A stretch of 64,000 bases of DNA from Chloropicon primus (lineage: Eukaryota): NCBI GenBank assembly GCA_023205875.1, contig CP060761.1:744001-808000 (forward strand), written 5' to 3'. This document shows, in pieces, positions 37,701-49,700 of this stretch. The position numbers were made by a program, and so were the translations under genes. The notes beneath the pieces were generated by a model that was not told the DNA's origin, searched no databases, and saw only the letters and a program-made list of their open reading frames with translations. The stretch's first letter is position 1. The number at the start of each line of letters is the position of its first letter.

Positions 37701-40700
37701 CTACCAATAAGGAGCGTTGGTGGGATACAATCCAGCAACGCACGCCCTTCCAAGTAGAGCTCATGCTCCTACGGTCCTTGTGACTCGTGTTCAACAAAGA
37801 ACCGTTTGATGGAGTCAACAAGGCATGTGCATTTGTTCCTTGGAAGGCAAAGCCACTTGCTCCATACACACTCTGGACACCTGACTCCGAATCGGAACAC
37901 TCAGCAGAGGAATAGCGTGGCAGTTGCACTGATTTGCCTCCCTTTTGTGCTTGAGCCTCCAAAACATTGACCACAAGAGGATTCACGTCCCGCAGATGCA
38001 GGAGTGGGCTCTGTGTGCCCATCACAAGGGGACCAAACAATTGTAGAATCCCAGACAGACCAGCAGCGGCCTCGGAGTGACCAACACAAGACTTCACAGC
38101 AGAAAGGGCAAGTGGAGTTTGTGACTTGGTGCCTCCAAGCAACACTGCGCTCAGGGCACCCACTTCAACTGGGTCGCCCAAAGACGTGCCTGTTCCATGC
38201 ATTTGCAAGCCAAATACATCTTCGGGAGATAAGTGTGCACTCTGCAGGGCTCTTTGCAGAACCATCTGCTGCGATGGACCGTTTGGAGCTGTCAAGGAAC
38301 TGGATCTGCCATCTTGATTCACAGCACTGCCCATCATGGACACGCAATGTGCATCTGCCATGGCCTCAGAAGTTCCATCGACAATAACACTCTGGCAAGC
38401 TTCTGCACGGACATAGCCATCTGCACTTTGATCCAATGTCTTACACCTACCATCAGCAGAAAGCATACTCGCAATGCTTACGACGACAAGAGATGTGCTG
38501 GCAAGCATCAAATTCACACCACATGCCATACTGATTGGAGCTGACATGGTCATCGCTGATTGCCAGGCCATACATAAGCCTACAAGAGATGATGAGCATG
38601 CTGTATCTATGCTCACACACGGACCTTGCAGTCCATACTTGTAAGACAAACGACCGGCTGCTACACTGAAAGCACTACCTGTTGCCATCAATGGACTGAG
38701 CGGCATGTTGTGGTCCTTCATCAGACCATTGTATTCCATGTGCTCAATACCAACATAGACACCCATCTTCTCTCGACGACGCTGGATGTTGCTTGAGTCC
38801 TGAGCATCATTCAGTACGCAACTTTGCATAGACTCCCAACTCACTTGCAGAAGCAATCTCTGCTGAGGATCACACAGCGAAGCTTCGGTCACTGACATTC
38901 CAAAACAAGCAGTGTCGAACGTGGAAACGTCCTTCAAAAGACCTGCAAATCGTGCTGTTAGCTGACCACTTGGCATCATTGCTTCACTTCGCTCAAGATC
39001 CCAACGTCCAAATGGAACAGACGTTATGGCATCACCTATACCGGCACCAGGCTTCATCGTCGTTGCAACAGGAAGGAGTGCACTGAAACTATTTAGAGCG
39101 ACACACCTTGTGACTCCCATCTCTGCACTTGGAAGAACCTCGTGTAGTTCCTGCACACTCTTGCCTTCTTGGAGGCCCAACTCACCACAAATGAAAGTGG
39201 TCAAAGCATTGATGCTGGGATAGTCCAGGATCACAGTGCTTGGCAGTTGGACTCCAACAGAAGACGAAATAGTGTTGCGCAACTCCACAACACCAAGGGA
39301 ATCAAGACCAGCCTCCATCAATGTGCAGTTGGGCTCGATATCTCTTCCTATGATGCTGTTGATCTGTGTTTGTATATTGCGTTGGACTTCTTCTTTCCCC
39401 GTTGTCGCGTTGTTATGTAATCGTTGTGGCTGCTTCTGGCTCTTAAGGGATTTTTCAATGCCAACAAGACGTTGAAAACTTTCATTGATTTTCGATATTG
39501 TTTCGATGTAAGCCCTTGTTGATGCAGATACTGTGGATTGGATGTTTGCTGACTTCATTCTTTGCTCGAGATATGCCAGACAAGAGACAGGGGATATATA
39601 CTCTATAGTACTGGAGTTCCTTCCTTCAAATTTTGTCATCATGCCAATTCCCGCTATTGCACCCCACTGAATAGCATGTACACAACTTCCCATGCTGAAT
39701 GATCTTGATGAAAGCAAGTCCACAACGGCATTCGCAGCAGCATAATTGACATTGCCGCTGTTCCCAAAAACAGAAGATAACGATGAGAAAGTGACTAATG
39801 CCACGCCATCAAGAACTTCGGACACAAAATTCAAAAACTGCACTTTCGGGGCCATACAGGTCAACAACGACGATATATCTTGCAGTTTCAAACTCGCACT
39901 CAAAAGAACACCAGCAGCATGGACCACCATGCCCAGCGGATAGAGGTCATCGCATCTCTCCATCATCCACCAAGATGCTTCTTCCCGCACCGAGACATCA
40001 CATCTTGCCATGGACACGCTCATATCTCCAGCACGGAGTTCTTCTGGGCATGTCCTTGACTTTCCTGTGCGTCCAAGCAATCCTAGGGAAGAACCTAAGG
40101 ACGATCTCACACACCAGCCACCAACCATTTGACCAATGCCGCTCAAGCCACCAGTCACGACATGGCGCCTTCCCTTCCCAAGATGGTGGGAACTATTCAT
40201 GACAGCGTGTGTCTGCGTAGTATCTCTCTGCAAGGTCAATTGAGGCAGGTACAAACTGCCGTTGTCCATGCTGCAGCCAAACACATCCACGGTTACATCC
40301 ATGGCATAGCTCTTTGAGCTGAACTGCAAACCACGGGCGGAAGCGCTTGGGTGTAAAGGACTCGTGTCAACGCCACCACACTGGACGCTGGTGCACTCAA
40401 GAGCTATGCTGCGCAACATGGCCCAAGACATGTATCCACTGGCTCCGTGATCCTTGTGAAGTCCCGCGGGACTTGCAGATGTGTCCAAGGAACCGGAACT
40501 GTGCATCCAAAGTGCGTCCGTGCCCTTCTCAACGAGATCCTGCATACCTGCAAGGATATGATGCGGGCAGATTGCACTCTCTTCCACATGAAGCTGTGTT
40601 GCAGGTTCTGAAGCCGTCAAAACATCCGAGGATACAACAGGTGTTTGAGCATACCAACAGATGTTGTACAATTTGCAGGCATCCAAGATGTCGCGAGAAG

Positions 40701-43700
40701 ACGAGACTCCACCGACCGTAGGGATGGAAATATCTTCTTTGCTGCTGATCACACGGAAGCTCAACTTGTCCACAAGGCATGGGGATGCGTCAATCTGAGA
40801 GGACTGAGTTACTCTTCCTACTTCAGTTGCACTACCCACCGCATGCAGACTCACTCCAAGGCTTGAAGTGCTCAGAATGCACGCCTCAACAGATGCTGGA
40901 ATGCGAGCTTGCAATTCAAAGCCATCACTGGAGGATGAGGTCACACTGTCCATCAAGTGCAAAGATGAGTCTATTTGAGCATGTGGTGTGGATAAGTATG
41001 GTTTTGCAATGTTTGCATATGATTCGAAGTAGGGTCCGCAGTTGAAAGCGATATCTGCACCGTATCTTGGATTTTCTGCATGAATCAATTGTGTGGGGGG
41101 GGTTGAAACGTGCCCATCCAGCAATGATAAATTGTGCACATGTTCATTGGATAGGTGTAGGATAACTTTTCCCGTGGCGTTTATGCTGATTGTGCATCGC
41201 GTTGCATATTTCATAATGCTCTTGCTGTTACATTCACCAACAGCAAAAAGTTCCATGAAATTGCAATCAGTCACTAGTGCAGTAGTAGAATACTCGAGAA
41301 ACGCATCCAATACTTCATGAACGATGGTAATAGCAGTGCTACAGGGCAGAAACTTTCTTCCGTGAAGCTCAGAAACCACTTCAGATACTTTGCTGACTTT
41401 CAGGTTTTCTCCTTCAACCAAAAGGATTCCTTCTGATGGATATCGAAAGCTCTGGAATACTGCACAAGTAAATTCTCCTCTGTTCAATGATTCTTTGGAT
41501 TCCTGCCAAATAGAATACTTCTTTTCGATACTCGAATGAAGCTGATCTTGGGCTTCAGAACACACAATGTGGGCATTTGTTCCTTGGAAAGCAAATGAAT
41601 TGATGCCAACACTCCTGGTGCGGTTGTCATTTTGGGGACATGAATATGTCTCCCTAGGCATAAGCATAAACTCGCTGGTGTCACTTGCAATCGAATCAAG
41701 CATATACGAAATATGGCGGTTCAATGTCCTCAAATGTGAAATTGGTAGGGAATGCTTCTTGAAAATGCTTTTTTGTGCAAGGTAGAACCCTGCAAGGCCT
41801 GCTGCAGCTTCAGCATGTCCTATGTTGGATTTGTCCGCTGAAATAATTTTGGGCTGAATCGCACTTTCTTGAGATTGCCGCGAAAAGTAGTCATGCAGAG
41901 ATGTGATTTCAATGGGATCTCCTAGTGCTGTTCCAGTGCCATGAAGGAAGATACTCATCAGATCGTTCGCGTCAATGTCTGCAAAGATGTGGGCTTCGGC
42001 AATGACAGCCTTTTGGGATGGACCGTTAGGCGCAGTAAGTGAGCTTGCCCTTCCATCCTGATTCACAGATGACCCTGAGAATAAAACAGCATTATCAACA
42101 ATTTCTTCTGATTGGACTATTCTCAAGCAAGTGCATGCCTCTGCCCTGACATATCCATCCGCAGTATTATCGAGAGCTTTACAACGCCCTTCTTCTGAGA
42201 GCAGGCTCGCAGCATCAAAAATCCCTGTGACCCATTTTGAAATCATAACATTCACTCCACTGCAGAGGGCAGAGGACATAGTTCCATGGAGGAAGTTTGT
42301 ATACGCCATGTGTACTCCGACCAAGCTTGATGAGCATGCCGTGTCAATACTAAGAGCTGGCCCATTCAAACCGAATTGGTAAGATAATCTACCTGCTGCT
42401 ACACTGAGCCCCGTACCAGTTGCAATGTACGGAGTCAACGGAAGCTTGAAATGCTGAATCAAAGCACTGTGATCGTGTGTTGCAATGCCAACAAATGATC
42501 CGCAAGACTTCCTAGAATCATCCACAAGACAGCTTGCAGAGAGCTTCAGAAGCAAGCGCTGTTGTGGGTCTGTAGCCATTGCTTCGCTCTTCGTGAAAGA
42601 GAATGCAGAGTAGTCGAACATGTGAACATCGGTCATGAAACCCCCAAAATTGTAGTCCAGTTTTGAACCATGGCCCTCGTTCGCATCCCATCTGTCTACA
42701 GGAACAAGACTAATTGCATCACAAGCAGTGCCTTTCCTAGCCTCACGAGCATAGGGGAGTTGAGATGCAATATCCACAATGTAGTGAAGGTATTCCTTTC
42801 TTGTCGCTCCTCTTGTGATTTCTTTGGCTTGAACTTGCACAGTAGTGTTCGGAGCCATGTAGCTGACAATAGCTGAGATGGATGGGTAGTCAAACACAAG
42901 AGTTCCAGGCAAGGCCACGCCAAGAACATTCTCTAAAGAATTTCTCAACTCCACGGCACCTAATGAATCGATGCCAGCAGCAACGAGCGGACTATCAATG
43001 GGCACCTGACTTCCAAGAATGCTGTACACGACATTTTGCACATCCTCCTGCATCTTTCGAATAGTCTGAGATGATACCATTTCTTCTTGAGGCTGCCTTG
43101 ATTTTCTTTCACCTTCAATGATCGCTTCAAAGCTCTCCTCTTCCTTTGCTGCTCGGCAGAGTTGTGGTTGAAAGTTCACAGCTTTTGAGAACTTTTTCCA
43201 CGTAATTGGTGCAACAGCGAAGACTGGGGAGATGGGAATGATGCATCTTTGTAAGAGCAGCTCGAATGAAAAGAGACCATCCATGGGATGCACTGGCGCC
43301 ATCCCCAAACGAAGCAGTCTCTCCTTCATGCCCATGCTTCTAGCCATACCGATGTTTCCCCAGGCTCCCCATTGAATGGAATAAGAGGATTTACCAAAAC
43401 TATGCGAGGATGTCATGTAACTATCCAAGTAAGCATTTGCAGCGCTATACGCAATTTGACCGGCGGAACCAAGAAGCGCGGCGATAGAAGAAAACCCTAT
43501 ATCTGTGTGTACCGCTAATGACCAGGACGTATTTGAAGCATTCTGCACACCCCTACATTTGGGAGAGAATACACTCATCACTTGATCGTACCTCTGCTGC
43601 AGTACTGTAGCATCGCGAAGGATCCCCGCACCGTGAAGCACAATCAACTCGTTTGTCTCGGTCTGCAAGAGAGGGGAGCTACAAAGGTTATCTTGGCAAG

Positions 43701-46700
43701 CAATGTTAGCTTTCATGAACAAGACTTCAGACTCCGAGTGAGACATTTCTGCTGCAGCTCTTGCAGACCTGGTATGACCAGACTGGCTGCCAAGAAGCAA
43801 TTTCTGCATTCCCTGAGCAATGCACCACCGCGCAAACAGGACACCGAGTGCTCCCTGACCGCCATAGATCAGACCATGAAGGTTTCTCAAATCATCTAAT
43901 GTGCGGTCGGCACAAATGACTGCCTTTCCAACAAATTTGCTATGAAGCAAAGTCTTGAACGCAGACGACACCTCCTTCAATTTATAAGAAGTATGGGATG
44001 AAGACTTGACTTTGCCTTCCGTCAGGAGAACCGCAAGCTGTTGCAAGCAGATCGAAACGAGTGGAAGTGAGTGGTAATGCATATTGTCGGCACGGGCAGC
44101 GCCAACGGATACCAAGTTCATACTGATGTCTTGCCGGTCCACTGGAGCACAGAAAGGGTGCCAGATATTTGTTTTGCTAAGTTCGACAAACATTCCTCCC
44201 CTTTCGAGAAGGGAAAGGCTCCCAGCCACCATTCCAGGGTTTGTGGCAAAGTTAATCACGCTCTGGATGCACCTTGATTGTTGCGATGCAATCTCGCTCA
44301 CAAACTTGGTTGACCTTGAGTCCATGACGCTCTGAATGGAAAGAGATCTTACGAATGTCCTTTTCAGTGCTGTTGAGCATGTTCCATAGACTCTGACGTC
44401 TGCCAACTTGCTCAGCTCGATAGCCGCAAGCCCAATGCCCCCACTAGCTCCATGAACAAGAATGGATTCTATCTTATCAAATCTTGAGAGCATGGCTTCC
44501 CAAGCTACTGCATTGGCTACGAATGCTGTGGGCAACATTGCAGCATGATCAAAGTTGCATGCAGGAGGGACGGGCGCAAGCAGAATACTTGGCGTGACAG
44601 CATTTGAACCGAGACCTCCAGAGCCAACACCCCCTGGGGTGAACCCAAAGACGGAGGAACCCAGGCAGAATGGATGGCCGCCATGCTGATTCACGTTGAC
44701 CACGGTTCCAGCTGCATCACCCCCGCACAAACCAGGGTCGTATCCTGGAGGGCCAGGATATAAACCAAGCACATTCAACAAGTCTCTGAAATTCAACCCA
44801 ATGCTTCGAACGCAAATTTCTACCGCGTTTTCATGCAATGCAACTGGTTGTTGCCTCTTTATCTTCAACGAGCTCACCAAACCTCTTGGAGCACTGTGAA
44901 CATGGTATGGAGGTGGGGTCCACTCGAATTTTCTCGAAAACATAAAGGGTGAGACTGCTGTTGACTGAAAGTTGTATTGCTCTCCGCCTGCCACGTCAGT
45001 TTCGGTAGGACACTTGCCGATCAAGTCCATTCCCCCGGAAACGTCTGATGAGCACTCGTAAATGTCTGGCATCCGGATACAATGGACTGACAGATTACCT
45101 TCCAAGCAAGAAGTCCTCATCATACTGCTCAAAGACTGGGCAGTGCAAAGTCTTTCCATGCTCACCGGGGCGAAATTTGGTGGCACAGAAGGCACAGAAA
45201 TATCAAAGCAAAATTGCTGAGACCTGACCTGCAGAGCTTGCAACATCAGAAGACACGATCCTCGGGTTTCCAAGCCTTGCTTTCCCTGGAATTTTTGCAG
45301 TACCTTTGATGGCTCCGAGTTGCCAACTTGAGAAGCTTCTGTTCGGTACTGTATGCAATACGTAACGTCTTCATCCTTGGCTTTTGAGCGAACAACCTTC
45401 CCCTCCATCTCAGAGGACTTTTCCTGCTTCACTGCTTTCAGATGAAGGTCATGACTAAATCCAACAAAATCACTTCCACGGGAATCGCATAGGTAGTGAT
45501 TAGTTGTAGAAGTCGATTCTCTTGAATTCTGAAACAAGGTCAAAAAGTCATATTGCGAGGCTCTGCTGCAGTCTGATCCCAGCCGCAAGTGTTCAAGAGC
45601 TACTGGAATCTTCAGACCAGACGAGTCCAAGGTCGAAATTGTCCGCAAAGCAGCTGTGTGCAACCACGCATCCAAATAATTTGCGTGAAGATTCACAGAG
45701 TCATTGTCTCCGCCCCCACACTCTTCAGCTTTACTCACGCATGCATGATAGTGGCTCGTTTCCGGAGGAGCGGGCAGAGATAGAGTAGGAGCTTCCACAA
45801 TCTTCTCAACTTCGAGAGAAGACTCACTCTTTCTCATTTTTCCGTCTGAGTGCCTGGTCTCGATTGCGCTGTCATTGTAAGATGATGCTACTGACCAAGT
45901 CCCAGTGCTTGCATTCACTTGAAACGAATACAGATGCTTGCCTTCATTGCCGGGACTACGACTCGCTTTGACAATCAAAGCAGACAAGATTGATGTTTCC
46001 ACGATGGAGTAACCTGATGCCTCCGATAGACAGGACAAACGGAGTGCGCCAGCAGCAGCTTCAAGAAAGGCTGCAGCTGGAATCACTACCCTCGAGAGAA
46101 CTATATGGTCGTAGAGATATGCGTTTCTGGCACAGTCGCCAAAGCCTAATTCAAATCGCAAGTCAGCCACGTCATGAGCGCGGACAGATTCCAAGAACGC
46201 ATGCAATTCTGGCGACACGTTCAAGACAAGCGCAGACTTGTCTATCGCTTTGCGTGACACTCCTTTCGCAAACAAAACACAAGATATCACAGCATGACTG
46301 TTCACACCTGTCATTCCAAACGAGCTTGTCCCAGCAATCTCGCTGTGGGCCAAAGATGTTGCAGAAAGAGGTGCCTTCGCAAGCGAGGTCCAGCCCTTCA
46401 AGGCCGAGGTGACATAAGGATTCATGTTGCGGAATCTAAAAGGAGCGCCGATGGACTTTATCAAAGCGAAGGAAGCCAAGAGCAAGCCAGCCAGACCTGC
46501 TGTGCTTTCAGTATGCCCTATGGAGGCCTTGCTCGATCCCAAGGCCAAGACGTGAGCATCAGGTGATTCGCCGCTACCAAACTTTGCGCTTTGCAGCATT
46601 CCACCAATAGCACCAACCTCGATGGGATCACCAAGACTGGTCCCCGTGCCATGCAGAGAGACGTAGTCGACATGCTGGGGGCTCTTCTTTCCTCGTTGAA

Positions 46701-49700
46701 GTGCACGCAATATCAACGATTGTTGCGATGGACCATGTGGCGCTGTGAAACTGCTCGATCGTCCGTCTTGATTGACTGCAGAGCCGAGAACAGCAACACC
46801 TGCCCCCGTATCACCAGAAGGTGCACCCATGTGGATGACTGCGAAGCCCTCCCCTCTACCATAACCATCAGCGTCGGCATCAAAGGTTTTGCAACGCCCT
46901 GAAGGGGAGAGTGCCCCAAGCTGGCAGAGCTGGACAACGGTGTCTGCCAAGAGTATCGCGTTCACTCCTGCAACAAGAGCGGATGGGCAAGATTCTCCTT
47001 GGATGTCATGTAACCCCAGGTGCATCGCAACGAGGGAAGAGGAGCAAGCAGTGTCCGTAACGATGCAAGGACCATTCAGACCAAATTGGTAAGAAACTCT
47101 GCCTACCAAGCTGCTTGCGCCGTTTCCTAAAACAGAATAAGAGTTCAGAATGGACAAGGATTTGACTATGGTAGCGTATTCTTGCCAACAGCACCCCGCA
47201 TAGACACCCACATTCAATGAATCTAATGAAAGTAAAATGCTGGACACTTGCTCAAGAAGGACGCGCTGCTGTGGATCCATGTAGATGCTTTCTTGCTTCG
47301 ACATGAAATACTTTTGGCAATCAAAATCGTACACACTCTCTGCGCTTGAAATAAAATTTGGGACCCAGAACGAATGAAGCTCTGCCATTTGTAATGCATC
47401 CCACCTGCGGTATGGTACATTTGCTTGAGTATCGTCAGATTGCATAGCCAGCCTTTCTACAAATGGCTCCTCAACGTTGCCCGAGAAGAGTTCTCTCCAA
47501 TCAAGGATGTAAGCCAGGGAATCTTTCTTCATATCAAGAGGAGGTCCCATGGCCATGGCCCGTTCTAGAGTCGATTCCTTGTCTTTCAGAGACTTCGCAT
47601 CATTCACATCAACAACGCCTAATATGAACTCACTCAAGAGCTCTACAGTTGAATAGTCGAACATGACTGTCGCAGGAAGCTCGACACCAAACGATTCGTT
47701 CAGGTTATTGCGCAGCTCAACAGCCTCCAGGGAGTCGATTCCAAGCTCCATCAACGGTTGGTTTGCCGGCACATCTTCACCAAGCATTTCCGAGATGAGC
47801 TTGCTCACAGTATCATCGACATGCTCCTTGATATTACTGGACTGGGCTGGGGGGGCTGCCTGTACGGTCGGCGCGACAGCGGCGGCGTCTCGGGCCTGGC
47901 CACGAGGCTTTAAACTGACGTCGTACTGGGAGTCTATTCTCCAGGACACTATGCTCGACTCTGGGAAACGAATGGAGTCCTCGCCACCGGCAAGCATGTA
48001 CGTTCTCTTCCCGTCGCTATCGACTTCCTCCAAGTAGTACCTTCCCTTCGTGGTGCTTTGCGAGATTGGTTTGATGCCGCACGAGGCGTGAACTCTTGCA
48101 AAGTTCTGGGTCATCTCAACAAAGTCTGAAGGAGGGACAAAGGTTCTCGTGTTCAGCCTTTCCTGAAGACTCCCCGTATCAAGGCCTTGGCGAACGTGCA
48201 GCACGTACAGAGATGACGCGTATCCCGATCCATAGGAGTACACCATAACCCTCTTTCCTGCGCATTCTTGGCCCGTGACCTGCATGAAGAGGGACGCAAT
48301 GTTGCAATACGCGGAAGCGGTGTACGGGTTGCCAATCCGCTCGCTCACAAAGAGACTATCCCCAACCTTCTCAGAAAAGATGTCTTGAAGCTGACTCACT
48401 TTGAACTTCTCGGATAGGAGCAGGCTCTTGAGCGCCTTCTTGACAAGTCTCGTGTTTGGAGAGTGGAATATCATGTAATCCATGGCTTCCACAAGCTTTT
48501 CTACGCCCAGCTTGCTGCGAAGGGCATTGAAACAGGTTTTGAACCCTTCCAAATAGCACTGCACAGAGTAAGGACCGTCCAGGTGGGCGAAAGGTTGGAT
48601 GTCTGCGACGGGTTTGTGGAAATCGTACGTGTCCTTCATGCACGTCGCCCGGGCAGGCTCGAGCACAACTCGTGCGTCTGGAGTGATAAGCATGGCAACC
48701 GCAGCGGCAGCTGACGAGAAGTGAAAGCGCGTTGTGTAGCTCGCGATGTCAGATGCCACTACTATTGCGTACCTGCCATCCCATGCCTCACTTTGCATCC
48801 AGGCTATTGAATTGAAGAAGGCCGCCGTTCCACCGTAGCAGGCATTTGTGTTATCCACGCCTTCTACGCTTGTGTTGCCCTTCTCTTCAAACAGCCTCAT
48901 CAAAAATGATTTGATAGACTTGCTTCTATCGACACAGCTTTCTGTGCCCACTTCCACCCTACCAATGGCGTCGTACGGAATCCTGTGAGATTCCATGAGA
49001 CCGCGAACGGCGTTGAGTGCAAAGGAAACAGAGTCTTCATTGTCATTGCAGCACGACAGGGCTTTCTGGCCCAAGCCATTCGTATACTTCCCCTCGCAGT
49101 TGTCATACTTCTCCAACTCTTGCTGAGAAACTGCAAACTCGGGGATGTACACGTAAATCCCACTGATGCCCACATTCGATGCCCTCGCTGGAGTCGTCAC
49201 CGACATCCTCCCGGAGAGAGGAGTCGACTTTGCAATTGCCTTGGGCTTGGACGCGGTTGGCAGCACTGATCCGATGTAGTCCTGAAGGGACTTCATCGTC
49301 GTGTAGTCGAACATGACTGTCGCAGGAAGCTCGACACCAAACGATTCGTTCAGGTTATTGCGCAGCTCAACAGCCTCCAGGGAGTCGATTCCAAGCTCCA
49401 TCAACGGTTGGTTTGCCGGCACATCTTCACCAAGCATTTCCGAGATGAGCTTGCTCACAGTATCATCGACATGCTCCTTGATATTACTGGACTGGGCTGG
49501 GGGGGCTGCCTGTACGGTCGGCGCGACAGCGGCGGCGTCTCGGGCCTGGCCACGAGGCTTTAAACTGACGTCGTACTGGGAGTCTATTCTCCAGGACACT
49601 ATGCTCGACTCTGGGAAACGAATGGAGTCCTCGCCACCGGCAAGCATGTACGTTCTCTTCCCGTCGCTATCGACTTCCTCCAAGTAGTACCTTCCCTTCG

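Larger units (their letters stand above)
11111..39321. repeat. Tandem array of near-identical PKS modules M5-M11 plus KS of M12 (unit 3810 bp type X, 3825 bp type Y)
   Basis: Equivalent positions recur at 11189, 15014, 18823, 22633, 26457, 30282, 34092 and 37901 (spacings 3825, 3809, 3810, 3824, 3825, 3810, 3809). Each unit is KS-DH0-KR-ACP. Confidence 0.97.

Noticed and set aside
11111..39321. Transposon/LTR or CRISPR interpretation of the repeats
   Set aside because: The units are coding PKS modules; no transposase, terminal repeats or repeat-spacer structure.
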